A DNA stretch of 64,000 bases, taken from NCBI GenBank assembly GCA_019118465.1, contig DWYX01000018.1, forward strand, positions 6,525-70,524, read 5' to 3'. Below are positions 49,376-59,542 of the stretch, in pieces (the first letter of the stretch is position 1; each line of letters starts with the position of its first letter). Source of the stretch: Candidatus Limosilactobacillus faecipullorum. GTDB taxonomy: Bacteria; Bacillota; Bacilli; Lactobacillales; Lactobacillaceae. Made by a program: the position numbers and the translations under genes. The notes beneath the pieces were generated by a model, which saw only the letters and a list, made by a program, of their open reading frames with translations, had not been told where the DNA came from and did not search any database.

Positions 49376-50106
49376 TGGGCGTCCCCCTTTGCGATCGCCA
49401 GGTAAATATCATCAAGACTTGCCTTTGGATCTGATGATTGAGCCTTTAACTCTTCAAGAGTTCCTTTAGCCCGAACTCGACCATCATTTAACAAAACAAA
49501 GCGATCACAGTACCGTTGGGCCGTATCTAGGACATGGGTTGACATTAGGATGGCTGCTCCGGCTGCTTTCTGCGCTTGAATCAAGTCTAATAAGTCCTTA
49601 ACCGCCAATGGATCCAACCCATAAAACGGTTCGTCGATGATAAAGAGCTTGGCCTCGGTCAAAAAGGCCATTACAATCATGACCTTTTGTTTCATTCCCT
49701 TGGAGAAATCCGCCGGGAACCAATCTAACTTATTAGCTAGGCGAAAAGTTGATAGTAAATTCTCTGCCCGTTTCCAAGCCGCCTTTTTGTCGAGTTGATA
49801 AGCTTTAATCGTTAATTCTAAATGTTCGCGGAGCGTCAATTCTGGATATAAAATTGGCGTTTCTGGAACATAAGCAATTTGTTCTTTATACTCAACTGGT
49901 GAGGTCGCCAAATCAACCCCGTTTAAACTAATTTGACCACTAAAGGGTTTTAGCAATCCAATTACGTGATTAATGGTTGTTGATTTACCAGCCCCGTTTA
50001 GGCCGATTAGACCAACTAACTCACCAGCTTGGACATCAAAACTAACTTGATGGAGGACTGGTAATTGTGAGTAACCGCCAGTCAGATTTTCAATTTTTAA
50101 TGCCAT
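49372..50106 (-). CDS. ecsA: ABC transporter ATP-binding protein EcsA
   Basis: GLNGAGKST, FSKGMKQK and DEP motifs. Confidence 0.93.
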   Translation of the reverse strand: MALKIENLTGGYSQLPVLHQVSFDVQAGELVGLIGLNGAGKSTTINHVIGLLKPFSGQISLNGVDLATSPVEYKEQIAYVPETPILYPELTLREHLELTIKAYQLDKKAAWKRAENLLSTFRLANKLDWFPADFSKGMKQKVMIVMAFLTEAKLFIIDEPFYGLDPLAVKDLLDLIQAQKAAGAAILMSTHVLDTAQRYCDRFVLLNDGRVRAKGTLEELKAQSSDPKASLDDIYLAIAKGDAQ

Positions 50107-50214
50107 ACAAATTCCCTTCTAAAAATTTCTAATATAAAGTCAGTATAACACAATGAGGTGCGGTATACTGATAGTATACCCTGTTGTTAACTATTACAGA
50201 AATGAGGCGGAAAT

Positions 50215-50640
50215 ATGACTGATTGCATCTTTTGTAAGATTATCGATGGCGAAATTCCAAGCTACAAAGTATATGAAGACGATGTCGTATGCGCATTTTT
50301 GGACATCTCCCAGACAACTCCAGGTCACACTCTCGTAGTGCCGAAAAAACACGTGAAGGATATCTTTGAATATGATGGAGACTTAGCGGCTGAAGTCTTT
50401 GCCCGGATTCCAAAGATTGCCCGGGCCGTAAAAGCTTCCAATCTAAACATTATTGGGATGAACATTTTAAATAATAATGGGAAAGCTGCTTACCAATCAG
50501 TCTTCCATTCCCATATTCACCTTCTCCCACGTTACGCTGACGACAAGTTTAGCATGACATTCATTAACAACGAGGAAGATTACAATGAAGCTAAATATAA
50601 GGCAGTTCAAGATGCCATCCGGGCGCAATTTAAAGGCTAA
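50215..50640 (+). CDS. hit: HIT family nucleotide hydrolase
   Basis: DCIFCKI, PGHTL and HSHIH motifs. Confidence 0.95.
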   Translation: MTDCIFCKIIDGEIPSYKVYEDDVVCAFLDISQTTPGHTLVVPKKHVKDIFEYDGDLAAEVFARIPKIARAVKASNLNIIGMNILNNNGKAAYQSVFHSHIHLLPRYADDKFSMTFINNEEDYNEAKYKAVQDAIRAQFKG

Positions 50641-50830
50641 GTGGCATCGCGAGCAAAATGACTTTTTAAAACTAAAAGCTGAATGGTGGGCAGTTATTCG
50701 CGCTGAGCAACAACTAATACGAAGTTTCAACCATCTCCTTCAAACCAGTTCAGATGCACTTTCAGAGTTAAAACCGCTCATCCAAAAAGCTGAGAATTTT
50801 AGTCATCGTGCTCGGAAAAAGTTAAAATAG
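50612..50830 (+). CDS. short helical hypothetical protein or gene remnant
   Basis: Open frame fills the gap between hit and a terminator; the only ATG starts (50585, 50612) lie inside hit. Confidence 0.35.
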   Translation: MPSGRNLKAKWHREQNDFLKLKAEWWAVIRAEQQLIRSFNHLLQTSSDALSELKPLIQKAENFSHRARKKLK

Positions 50831-50838
50831 TAACAAAA

Positions 50839-50881
50839 CAAAGAGGTTGGAAAGAAGTATAAATTTCTTTCCAACCTCTTT
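50839..50881. terminator. bidirectional terminator (REP-like family hairpin)
   Basis: AAAGAGGTTGGAAAGAA-loop-TTCTTTCCAACCTCTTT. Confidence 0.8.
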
Positions 50882-50915
50882 GCGTCCCCACATATTTATC
50901 CAACAAACTCATCAA

Positions 50916-51845
50916 CTACTTTGAAGAACTTGATGAAGACGTTGATGTCGTACTTGCGGAAGTACTCAAGTAATCGTCAAGGATGTTAGAAAGGTCCTTA
51001 TCCTTAATGGAGACATTCCCTTTCTTTAAGACCTTTGAGATGACCTTCTTCATGAATGAAGAATCATTCATGTTGTTTTCAACAATTTGGTTCTTCAAAT
51101 CACTAATATGGTTAGCCATCTTACCCTTAGCTGGGTGCTTAATCATGTAGATAACTTGGTAACCGTTGTCCGTCTTAACCGGTTCAGACGTGTATTCCCC
51201 GGTCTTCAAGTTAAAGGCAGCTTTCTTGTATGCTGAGTCAACACTTGAACTTGCATTATCAAAGGCAGCAACTACCCCACCAGAACTCTTTGTTGAGGTG
51301 TCAGTGGAGTACTTCTTCGCTAACTTCTTGAAGTAAGTCAGCTTATTACCATCGTGGTTATTTAACTTATCAATGACAGATTGTGCCGTATCCTTGGAGC
51401 TAACCAAAATTTCAGCTGTTTGGACCTTTGGTTGATAATTCTTCCATTGCTTCTTCAAATCTTTGTTACTAAAGGTTGAGTAATGGCGAACAGCCGCTTG
51501 TAAAAGTAATTGGGAACGGATTTGATCCTTAAAGCTCTTGGTCGTCAAGCCCTGTTGGGCCAAAACTGTTGAGAAGGAAGAGCCATATTGAGACTTGTAT
51601 CCATTGTATTCCTTGTTCACAGCCGAATCAGAAACTTGCTTACCGTATTGCTTTTGCAAAACCTTATCCAAGATCATTTGTTGCAAAACAGCCTTCCCTT
51701 GGGAAGTTTGCTTCATGCTACTATAGTATTCACTTTGGGTAATCTTACCACCACTTGTCGTAGCGATGGCTTTATTTCCACACGCAGCGAGCGGAAGCAT
51801 CAAAGTAATCCCGGCAACCACTGCTAATAATTTTTTCTTCTTCAA
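50916..51845 (-). CDS. prsA: foldase lipoprotein PrsA
   Basis: LAAC lipobox; parvulin-like LAKKYSTD and AF.LKTGE.S.PVKT..GY. Confidence 0.92.
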   Translation of the reverse strand: MKKKKLLAVVAGITLMLPLAACGNKAIATTSGGKITQSEYYSSMKQTSQGKAVLQQMILDKVLQKQYGKQVSDSAVNKEYNGYKSQYGSSFSTVLAQQGLTTKSFKDQIRSQLLLQAAVRHYSTFSNKDLKKQWKNYQPKVQTAEILVSSKDTAQSVIDKLNNHDGNKLTYFKKLAKKYSTDTSTKSSGGVVAAFDNASSSVDSAYKKAAFNLKTGEYTSEPVKTDNGYQVIYMIKHPAKGKMANHISDLKNQIVENNMNDSSFMKKVISKVLKKGNVSIKDKDLSNILDDYLSTSASTTSTSSSSSSK

Positions 51846-51938
51846 ACTCTTTCACATCCTTTAAAGACTTTCTAGTAAATGATACCACATTATACTTAAA
51901 CACTGATTATCAATCTGAATCTTAACTATTTTTTACTT

Positions 51939-52871
51939 TTACGGTAGTTTCAACTTGTAAAATTGACGGTTATCCATCGCAAATAAACGCTCTGTAAACT
52001 CCCCAGGCTGGACCTTGGCTAAAGCAGACGTCATCATCAATAAGGAAGCGTCCAATTCATCAAGTTGGTGCAATAACTCAGCTTCCAGAATCTGCGGCCG
52101 CACTGGAGAACCATATTCTAATAGCCCGTGATGAGCCAAAACTAAATGCCGAAGAGCGACAACCGCTTCAGATGAAGTTGGAATCTTTAATTCTTCACAA
52201 ATTGCCGTAATTTCCCCGTCAACAATTGAAATATGGCCGATTAATTTACCTTCAACCGTATACTCGGTGGCGACCGGCCCGGACAGTTCGATCGTCTTAC
52301 CTAGGTCATGCAAAATTGCACCTGCGTAAACTAATTGCTCATTAATCCCCGGATAAAGGGGGATAATTGCTTTTGCTAGTCTTAAAATCGATAAGGTATG
52401 GTAAGCCAACCCCGCCACAAAAGCGTGATGGTTACTTTTAGCTGCCGGGCTAGAAAAGTAACTTTCCCCGTGCTTGCTTATTAAGCCGTTAATGATTTGA
52501 TGCCATTTTGGTTCCGTAATTGCCGTAAAGAATGGCCGTAAAGCCGCCTTAATCTCGGCGTCACTTTCAGGGGCCCGGAGCACAAAATCATTGGGCGATA
52601 GCTCTAGCTTAAGTTCAACTCGTTGGATTTCAACTTGGGGATTCCCTTGATATGAACTTCGTCGGCCCGTTAAACTAACGACCTTCCCAGCTTCTAAGTC
52701 AGCCACCTGTTGATCAGTCACATCCCAGAGGTTCCCATTCAGCTCGCCACTTTGGTCTTGAAAGGTAAGGGCTAGGTATTGACTACCATTTTTAGTTGTT
52801 TTAACCTTGGCGCTTTTGATTAAGCAATTGACCTTAATTTGGTCACCCTCATTAAATTCAGCTAATTGCAT
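51939..52871 (-). CDS. yhaM: 3'-5' exoribonuclease YhaM
   Basis: OB fold plus PAA..NHH, LHDLGK and HHG..EYGSP motifs. Confidence 0.93.
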   Translation of the reverse strand: MQLAEFNEGDQIKVNCLIKSAKVKTTKNGSQYLALTFQDQSGELNGNLWDVTDQQVADLEAGKVVSLTGRRSSYQGNPQVEIQRVELKLELSPNDFVLRAPESDAEIKAALRPFFTAITEPKWHQIINGLISKHGESYFSSPAAKSNHHAFVAGLAYHTLSILRLAKAIIPLYPGINEQLVYAGAILHDLGKTIELSGPVATEYTVEGKLIGHISIVDGEITAICEELKIPTSSEAVVALRHLVLAHHGLLEYGSPVRPQILEAELLHQLDELDASLLMMTSALAKVQPGEFTERLFAMDNRQFYKLKLP

Positions 52872-52929
52872 CTTTTTCTCCTAAAAAAGCAACCCCACCC
52901 ACCATGGGGAAAGAGTTGCTAAATTAAAT

Positions 52930-53289
52930 TTACTTTTGTGGCAAAATTTCCTTGTAAACTTCTTGAATTGGCTTAGTGATTACCTTGTTCAATTCTTGCA
53001 TCATGCCATCAACCCGGCGTTCAACTTCCATCAAGTCAATTACGGATTGTTTTGCACTAACTTGCTTAGCAAGGTCTTGCACTTCTTTAATTTCGTCTTC
53101 AGAAAGGTCTTTGCCAGCCATTTGCTTTTGTTGCGCATCCATTTGGCTCTTTTGGAACTTCTTAAAGAGATCAAAAGCAGCTTGATCTTCCTTCAACTTA
53201 TCAAAAGCAGCGACCAAATCCTTGTATTCTTGCGTTTCCCGCATTTGGCGTTCAAGTTCATTTGCAGTATCATAAATATTCACAACCAT
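52930..53289 (-). CDS. YlbF/YheA family protein
   Basis: NIYDTANELE...I.KPI..Y motif. Confidence 0.9.
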   Translation of the reverse strand: MVVNIYDTANELERQMRETQEYKDLVAAFDKLKEDQAAFDLFKKFQKSQMDAQQKQMAGKDLSEDEIKEVQDLAKQVSAKQSVIDLMEVERRVDGMMQELNKVITKPIQEVYKEILPQK

Positions 53290-53336
53290 AATTGGCCTCC
53301 AAAAAAATTAATCATTAGTTCTATTCTAACAGACCC

Positions 53337-55430
53337 CTACTGGAAAAGCGACCGAACATTATTCCAAGCTTGACTCAGTCGATCCTTGACATCCTGAGCA
53401 AAGTCGCTTGCCTGTTGTAATAAATTACCATTTGGCGTCTTCGTTTCACTAGTAGCCCGGGTCTGAGCATCCTTAACTTGGAACTTAGTGCCAGCCGTAT
53501 GCGGTAGTAAGTCACTCATTTCAGACCGGTAAAGAGCATAGATGTCCCGGTTTTCAACATCTGAAAGCTGTTGCGTCGCGGTCGTATCATCATACCCTTC
53601 CCAGGTTGCCACTACCACATCGGGAGTATAACCAATAATCCATTTATCCCGATCACTATCATTCTCCTTAATGCCAGAATTAGTGGTCCCGGTTTTCCCA
53701 GCTAATGTATACCCCGACGGAGCGGCACTCTTCCCAGTTCCATATTTAAAGACATCGAGCATCAAACTCGTCATATCATTAGCAACTGACTGCTTAATAA
53801 TCCGTTTTTGTGTCAAATGCCCCTTCCGCTTTACCTGATGACCACTGGCGTCCACGATCTTAGTAATAAAGTGCGTCGTTGGCAGTTTCCCTCCCGAGGC
53901 AAAGACAGCATAGGCCCGGGCCATTTGCAATGGTGAAACCCCTTTAGTAAGACCACCAAGGGCAAGGGCAAGATTCTTATCCCCACTTTCCACGGGTAAA
54001 CCAAATTGAGCTGCCATCTTGTAACCAGTATTAACCCCAATCTTATTCAAAAGCCAAACTGCCGGGGCATTCAGACTTTCGTACAAGGCCTTATACATTG
54101 GCACCTCGCTACTATATTGATCATCATAGTTCTTTGGCGTATAGCGATGCTTTCCCGTCCCATAAGTTGTTTTTTCATCTTGTAGGGTTGAATCATAGAA
54201 ATAACCATGCATCAAAGCAGGAGTATAAACCGCAATTGGTTTAATGGTTGAACCTGGCTGCCGTCGCATTTGCGTTGCTCGGTTATAACCACGGAAGACG
54301 TGTTTTCCCCGGCCACCATACAGAGCCGTTACCCCACCGGTCTTAGGATCAACAGCAACCGAAGCCGCTTGAACCATACTCCCATCTGCGAGACCAGCTG
54401 GAAAATTATTATCATCATTAAAGACGGACTGCATTGCTTTTTGTTGTCCTTGGTTTAAAGTGGTGTAAATCTTGTAGCCATCATTCATCACTTCGGCTTC
54501 CGAAAGGCCGTACTTACTAATCGCCTCGGCAATTACCGCATCAAAATATGCTGGATAACGGTAGGTGTGTGGTGATTGATAACCATTACTTACCACTAAG
54601 GAAGTGGCTTGATAACGTTTAGCTTGTTGGCTTGTCAGTTTATGGTTTTCAACCATCAAATCTAAAACTAAATTCCGGCGCGCCTTAGTAGCTTTGGGGT
54701 GGTTAACCGGATCGTACGCCCCAGGGGAAGTTAACATCCCCGCTAAGGTTGCTGCTTGGGGGACCGTCAAATCCTTGGCATCAGTATCAAAATACCGTTT
54801 CGCCGCATCCTGGATCCCCCATACACCATGACCAAAGTAGGCATTGTTAAGGTACATCGTCAGAATTTGATTCTTACTGTACTGATTTTCAACTTCAACG
54901 GAAATAAAAATTTCTTTAGCCTTTCGGGAAAAGGTTTGCTCCTGGCTTAAGAAGGCATTCTTAACTAATTGCTGAGTTAGTGTACTCCCCCCACCAGAGA
55001 TATAATTTCGCCCAAGGACTTTGTTTTTCACTAAAAGAAAGGTAGCCCGACCAAGCCCCTTAACTGAAAAACCATGTTCATGATAGAAATTGCGGTCTTC
55101 AGCCGAAAGGACCGCTGCCGAAACATTGGGTGAGATCTGATTTAACTTAACATAAGTCCCCTTTTGAGAGTATAGGCTCCCAGCCGAATTACCATTTTGA
55201 TCATAGACCATCGTTGGGTGTTCAAGGCGGGACTGAAGGCTTTTAACGTTTGCCGTTTTAGCAATAATCGTTAAGTAAATGCTCAGCAGTAAAAAGGCAC
55301 TTAAGAAAATGACGATTAGCCACCGAGTTAACTGAAATCGATGCCAGAAATGGCGAAAGTTTTCCCTTAATGCTCCCCATAGTCGCCGGAGCCAGGCACT
55401 AAATTGTTTTTTTCGCTCTTCAAATTTCAT
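53337..55430 (-). CDS. pbp2a: class A penicillin-binding protein 2A
   Basis: EDRNFYEH, GGSTLTQQ, RKAKE, STIK, SLN and KTGT motifs. Confidence 0.92.
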   Translation of the reverse strand: MKFEERKKQFSAWLRRLWGALRENFRHFWHRFQLTRWLIVIFLSAFLLLSIYLTIIAKTANVKSLQSRLEHPTMVYDQNGNSAGSLYSQKGTYVKLNQISPNVSAAVLSAEDRNFYHEHGFSVKGLGRATFLLVKNKVLGRNYISGGGSTLTQQLVKNAFLSQEQTFSRKAKEIFISVEVENQYSKNQILTMYLNNAYFGHGVWGIQDAAKRYFDTDAKDLTVPQAATLAGMLTSPGAYDPVNHPKATKARRNLVLDLMVENHKLTSQQAKRYQATSLVVSNGYQSPHTYRYPAYFDAVIAEAISKYGLSEAEVMNDGYKIYTTLNQGQQKAMQSVFNDDNNFPAGLADGSMVQAASVAVDPKTGGVTALYGGRGKHVFRGYNRATQMRRQPGSTIKPIAVYTPALMHGYFYDSTLQDEKTTYGTGKHRYTPKNYDDQYSSEVPMYKALYESLNAPAVWLLNKIGVNTGYKMAAQFGLPVESGDKNLALALGGLTKGVSPLQMARAYAVFASGGKLPTTHFITKIVDASGHQVKRKGHLTQKRIIKQSVANDMTSLMLDVFKYGTGKSAAPSGYTLAGKTGTTNSGIKENDSDRDKWIIGYTPDVVVATWEGYDDTTATQQLSDVENRDIYALYRSEMSDLLPHTAGTKFQVKDAQTRATSETKTPNGNLLQQASDFAQDVKDRLSQAWNNVRSLFQ

Positions 55431-55547
55431 TTAAGTGATAACTCCAAAAAATATCTTCAATTCCGCATTTTATCATAAATTTGGAGGAAGAAAAAAGAAG
55501 CTGAGAAGAAACTCAACTTCTTTTGCCAAATTTTAAAGTCTTTCAAA

Positions 55548-57236
55548 TTACATTTCGTCCGGTGCCTTAACCCCAAGTAAAGCAAGTGCTGACTTCAAAA
55601 CATCAGCAACCGCTTGAACTAAGGCTAACCGGGCAAGCTTACCGTCATCTTCACTCAAGATCCGTGTGTGTGCGTAGTATTGGTTAAAGTCCTTTGCTAA
55701 AGCAAGGGCGTACTTAGCAACGATTGATGGATCGTAGTTCTCAGCTGCCCGTTGGATCGTTTCACCAAACTTACCAAGTTGCTTAAGGACAGGCCAAGCT
55801 ACTTCCCCAACTTGGGTAAGATCAACATCGTCAAAGCTTGGGTTATTTTCCTTCCGAAGAATACTCATTGCCCGCGCCCGTGCGTATTGAACGTAAGGAC
55901 CTGTTTCCCCTTCAAACTTAACAACATCTTCAAGCCGGAAATCAACACTATTCCGCCGATCATTCTTCAAGTCGTGGAAGACAACGGCCCCGATCCCAAC
56001 CATTTTGGCAACTTCTTCAGGGTTCTTAAGGGATGGATTCTTTTGGGTAATTTGTTCCCGAGCTAACTTCACGGAATCATTCAAAACATCTTCAAGGGAG
56101 ACAACATTCCCCTTCCGGGTGGACATCTTCTTTCCACCGAAACTCATCAAACCGAAGGAGATGTGTTCCAATTGATCCCACCAACTGAAGCCCATTTCCT
56201 TTAAAACAGCCTTCAATTGCTTGTAGTAGTTTTCTTGTTCAGCCCCAACAACGTACAAAGACTTAACGTGACCGTACATCCGTTTCCGGAAGAGAGCCGT
56301 TGCCAAGTCACGGGTAATGTAAGTCGTGGTCCCATTACTCTTGATAATCAACGGTGGAACTAAGTTGTACTTGTCAAGGTCAACAATTTGAGCCCCCCGA
56401 CTAGGCTTCAACAAGTTCTTATCACGGAGTAATTGGATTGGTTCTTCCATCTTTTGAGCAGAGAAGGCTTCCCCGTGGAAAGAGTCAAACTTGACATCCA
56501 ACATGTCGTAAACCCGTTGGAACCGCTCCAAGGAAATTTCCCGGAACCACTTCCAGAGCCGCCATGCTTCTTCATCCCCATGTTCGAGCTTAGCAAACCA
56601 ATCCCGGCCGGCTTCAGTGTATTCTGGGTGTTCGTCGGCTTCGGTGTTAATCCGGACGTAGTATTCCAACAAGGTGTTAATTGGGTCCTTCTTAACGTCT
56701 TCTTCGTTCCCCCACATCTTGTATGCCGCCATCAACTTCCCAAATTGAGTTCCCCAGTCACCAAGGTAGTCAATCCGGACAACCCGGTAGTTTTCCTTTT
56801 CAAGGATCCGGCCGATGGATTCACCAATCATCGTTGACCGAAGGTGACCCATTGACATCGGCTTAGCAATGTTAGGTGAAGAATAGTCAATCGTCACGCT
56901 ACCGTAGTGTCCCAAGTCTTTGGAACCGTAGTTTTCAGGGTCGGCTAAAATTGCCTTTAAGATTTCAGCCCCAACTTTGGCCTTGTTTAAGTAGAAGTTA
57001 ATGTATGGACCAGCAACAACGACCTTTTCGAAATTTGCTTGGTCAATCTTTTCAACCAATTCTTGGGCAATGGCTTGAGGAGCCTTGTGTAGGGTCTTTG
57101 CCAAGAAGAAAGTTGGGAAAGCGTAGTCCCCATTCTTATTATCCTTTGGCCGTTCAACCTTATCGGCGAGGTCAGTCTCAGCCATTTCTGGTAAGGCCAA
57201 CTTCAATGCATCAATAACTTGTTGCTTTTCATCCAT
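55548..57236 (-). CDS. argS: arginyl-tRNA synthetase
   Basis: [29 protein letters not shown] and GPYVQY motifs. Confidence 0.98.
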   Translation of the reverse strand: MDEKQQVIDALKLALPEMAETDLADKVERPKDNKNGDYAFPTFFLAKTLHKAPQAIAQELVEKIDQANFEKVVVAGPYINFYLNKAKVGAEILKAILADPENYGSKDLGHYGSVTIDYSSPNIAKPMSMGHLRSTMIGESIGRILEKENYRVVRIDYLGDWGTQFGKLMAAYKMWGNEEDVKKDPINTLLEYYVRINTEADEHPEYTEAGRDWFAKLEHGDEEAWRLWKWFREISLERFQRVYDMLDVKFDSFHGEAFSAQKMEEPIQLLRDKNLLKPSRGAQIVDLDKYNLVPPLIIKSNGTTTYITRDLATALFRKRMYGHVKSLYVVGAEQENYYKQLKAVLKEMGFSWWDQLEHISFGLMSFGGKKMSTRKGNVVSLEDVLNDSVKLAREQITQKNPSLKNPEEVAKMVGIGAVVFHDLKNDRRNSVDFRLEDVVKFEGETGPYVQYARARAMSILRKENNPSFDDVDLTQVGEVAWPVLKQLGKFGETIQRAAENYDPSIVAKYALALAKDFNQYYAHTRILSEDDGKLARLALVQAVADVLKSALALLGVKAPDEM

Positions 57237-57254
57237 AAAATAAATCCTCCTTTA

Positions 57255-57455
57255 TAGCAAAAAACGTCTCTAGCCAGTATGCCTACTGATTAGAGACGAG
57301 ATTTCCCGTGGTACCACTCTATTTGAACTTTCATTCCACTCATTCAAAATGAATATTAAACTTTCCTTCAACCCCGCTTCGAAAGCTCCCTTTATTCAGC
57401 TCCCACCAACCTGAACTCGCTTAAAAAGAAAGGATTCCTACTGTTGTCAAAGGTT
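57255..57455 (-). ncRNA. T-box riboswitch (Arg)
   Basis: GAGTGGTACCACG T-box, CGTCTCTA/TAGAGACG-U-tract terminator, AG and GGTG boxes; GAA-G-CGG putative specifier. Confidence 0.85.
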
Positions 57456-57507
57456 TATAACACCAACCAATGTTATAAAAAAGAACACCGCAATGCGATG
57501 TTCGCGA

Positions 57508-57578
57508 AGCGGGTAACGAGAATCGAACTCGCGACTTAACCTTGGGAAGGTTATGTTTTACCACTGAACTATACCCGC
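57508..57578 (-). tRNA. tRNA-Gly (CCC), CCA not encoded
   Basis: GCGGGTA/TACCCGC acceptor stem, TAACC-TTCCCAA-GGTTA anticodon arm, GTTCGA T-loop; followed by a terminator (57477-57504). Confidence 0.95.
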
Positions 57579-57622
57579 AATCTAGGTGAACTAATCACCT
57601 TAACTATAATAACATATCTTAG

Positions 57623-57952
57623 TTATTTGTCACTCTTTTTTTCCGTTTTTTTCGTAGTCCGTTTCTTGCGACTAGTCTTCGCTACCTTAGTCCCCTTTTC
57701 TTTTTCTTCCTTAGCAGCTAATTCCTTATCTTCTGCAGTCCGTTCAACAGCCTTAACCATCTTTGCTTCATCCTTGCGGATAACTGCCCGCCCATTTAAT
57801 TCATTAACACTCGTCTTGTCAGAAGGATCAAAATCCTTAATGGAAATCATGATCGAATTTTCATAAACCTTTTCAACAATCCCACCAAAGCCGTGTTCTA
57901 ATGGACCAAACTTTCCTGCTTTAACTTCATCGCCAATTTTATAAAATGTCAT
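57623..57952 (-). CDS. small protein with DUF2187/YkvS-like N-terminus and Lys/Thr-rich tail
   Basis: G.VEKVYENS motif; GAGGTG RBS. Confidence 0.65.
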   Translation of the reverse strand: MTFYKIGDEVKAGKFGPLEHGFGGIVEKVYENSIMISIKDFDPSDKTSVNELNGRAVIRKDEAKMVKAVERTAEDKELAAKEEKEKGTKVAKTSRKKRTTKKTEKKSDK

Positions 57953-58078
57953 TCAGTTCACCTCATTTTCTACTTTCTACAATAAAAATCAGTTTACACG
58001 CTTTTCCCATTTTTTCAAGTTACCTTATTCGCTTAGCATGGTAAAATGGAAATAAAACCATTGAAAGGAAGGGTAATT

Positions 58079-58411
58079 ATGATCTTAAGTACCGTCAGTT
58101 GGATCATAGTGATTCTCATTATTTGGGTCTATCACCGGAGCTTGACTGCAAGTGCCGAAAAAGAACTCTCATTATTTGGAAGTTTCACCCGGGTCCTCCT
58201 TGCCTTAATTTTAAGTCTGCGGATTGCCGTGACAATTGTTACCTTTCCAACTTTTCTGGGGCTCCACCTTTTCCAGATCATTCTCTTGCTGTTTACAATC
58301 GTAATTACCGAGCTTAGTTTCCGACGTTTACGGCTAACTTTTGGGAATCCCCGGCTAGCCCGAACTTGTTTAATCACAAACTCAATTTTTCTGCTCGTGA
58401 TGCCCTGGTAA
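58079..58411 (+). CDS. small integral membrane protein (about 4 TM)
   Basis: Hydrophobic ORF with a GGAAGGG RBS before ATG 58079; 3' end overlaps folP convergently by 30 nt. Confidence 0.6.
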   Translation: MILSTVSWIIVILIIWVYHRSLTASAEKELSLFGSFTRVLLALILSLRIAVTIVTFPTFLGLHLFQIILLLFTIVITELSFRRLRLTFGNPRLARTCLITNSIFLLVMPW

Positions 58412-59542
58412 TTCCCAGTAACTTGATTTGATCGTATCAATTAACTTAACTAACTGTTGGGTTTCTTCAAAATCATGTACCCGGAGGACCCGTCCACCAG
58501 CTAAATACATTGCCGTTTCCGCGATTAGGGTTACCCCTAGTCGCTTTTCTTTTGGCAAACCAAAGAGTTTTTGCCCAAAACCTTTCCGCGAAATTGCCAC
58601 CATGATCGGGCGGTGGAATTCTTTTAACTCACCAAGATTGTTCATCATCGCAAAGTCCTGGTAGCCATCTGCCACTTTGGCATAGCCAATCCCTTGATCT
58701 AAACAAATCCGTTCTTGATCAATCCCAGCAGCCACTAATTCTGCGAGATTTTCTTCAAAAAACGCTTTCATCCCGGTGGTTAAATTTTTGTATTCGTGCC
58801 CCCGACTTGAATGCATCGTTACCAAGCCTACGTTTGAGTACTTCGCTAGCAGTTGGCGTTTTGCTGGGATATCAAAACCATCGACATCATTAATGATATC
58901 GACCCCAGCTGCAAGCGCCCGCTCCATAACCGGTAACTTATAGGTATCAACGGCAATTGCGACTTGCGGATAACGCTCTTGGATTAACTCAATGGCAGGA
59001 ACAATCCGGCGCCATTCCTCTTCCGGTTCGACTTCAACAAAGTGACCGGGTTTGGTCGTTTGACCACCTGGTTCAATGATGTCCGCTCCGGCCGCAACCA
59101 TTTTTTCAATTTGCTCAACCATTGCGGAATGGTTATTAAAGCGACCCCCATCGTAAAAAGAATCAGGGGTCACATTCAAAATTCCATAAACCAATGGGCA
59201 TTTTGTCAGATTAAAGCGAAAGCGACCCGCTTGCCAATAAACGGCCGTGACTTCTTCTAAAACTTTTAAATCACTTAAGAGGTGTTGATCGTCACCGAAC
59301 CACTTTTTCACCCGAGCAGCAAAGGTGGGCCAAGCTGAGATGGGGAGGACAAAACCAAGCTCATTTTCTCCTAGTTCAACCAGCTTTAAATCAAATTGGC
59401 TCAAGACTTGCTTTACATTTTCCGTTTCTGAACCAATTTCAGTCCATACCAGGGGAAGCCAACTTTGTTTATGCACTAGACTTGCTAACAGCTGACTTAC
59501 TGGGTCTGTTTGGTCGTTAAGATTCCACTTCTTTAATTGCAT
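58382..59542 (-). CDS. folP: dihydropteroate synthase with N-terminal extension
   Basis: GILNVTPDSFYDGG, DTYK, D.GIG, ISRK and RVHD motifs. Confidence 0.93.
   Translation of the reverse strand: MQLKKWNLNDQTDPVSQLLASLVHKQSWLPLVWTEIGSETENVKQVLSQFDLKLVELGENELGFVLPISAWPTFAARVKKWFGDDQHLLSDLKVLEEVTAVYWQAGRFRFNLTKCPLVYGILNVTPDSFYDGGRFNNHSAMVEQIEKMVAAGADIIEPGGQTTKPGHFVEVEPEEEWRRIVPAIELIQERYPQVAIAVDTYKLPVMERALAAGVDIINDVDGFDIPAKRQLLAKYSNVGLVTMHSSRGHEYKNLTTGMKAFFEENLAELVAAGIDQERICLDQGIGYAKVADGYQDFAMMNNLGELKEFHRPIMVAISRKGFGQKLFGLPKEKRLGVTLIAETAMYLAGGRVLRVHDFEETQQLVKLIDTIKSSYWELPGHHEQKN

Noticed and set aside
1224-55525. Repeated hairpins as a possible CRISPR array or intact IS
   Set aside because: They are dispersed rather than tandem, with no spacers, cas genes or transposase ORF
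57508-57578. tRNA-Gly as an integration site for an island
   Set aside because: No integrase, and no duplicated tRNA 3' end was seen; flanking genes look chromosomal
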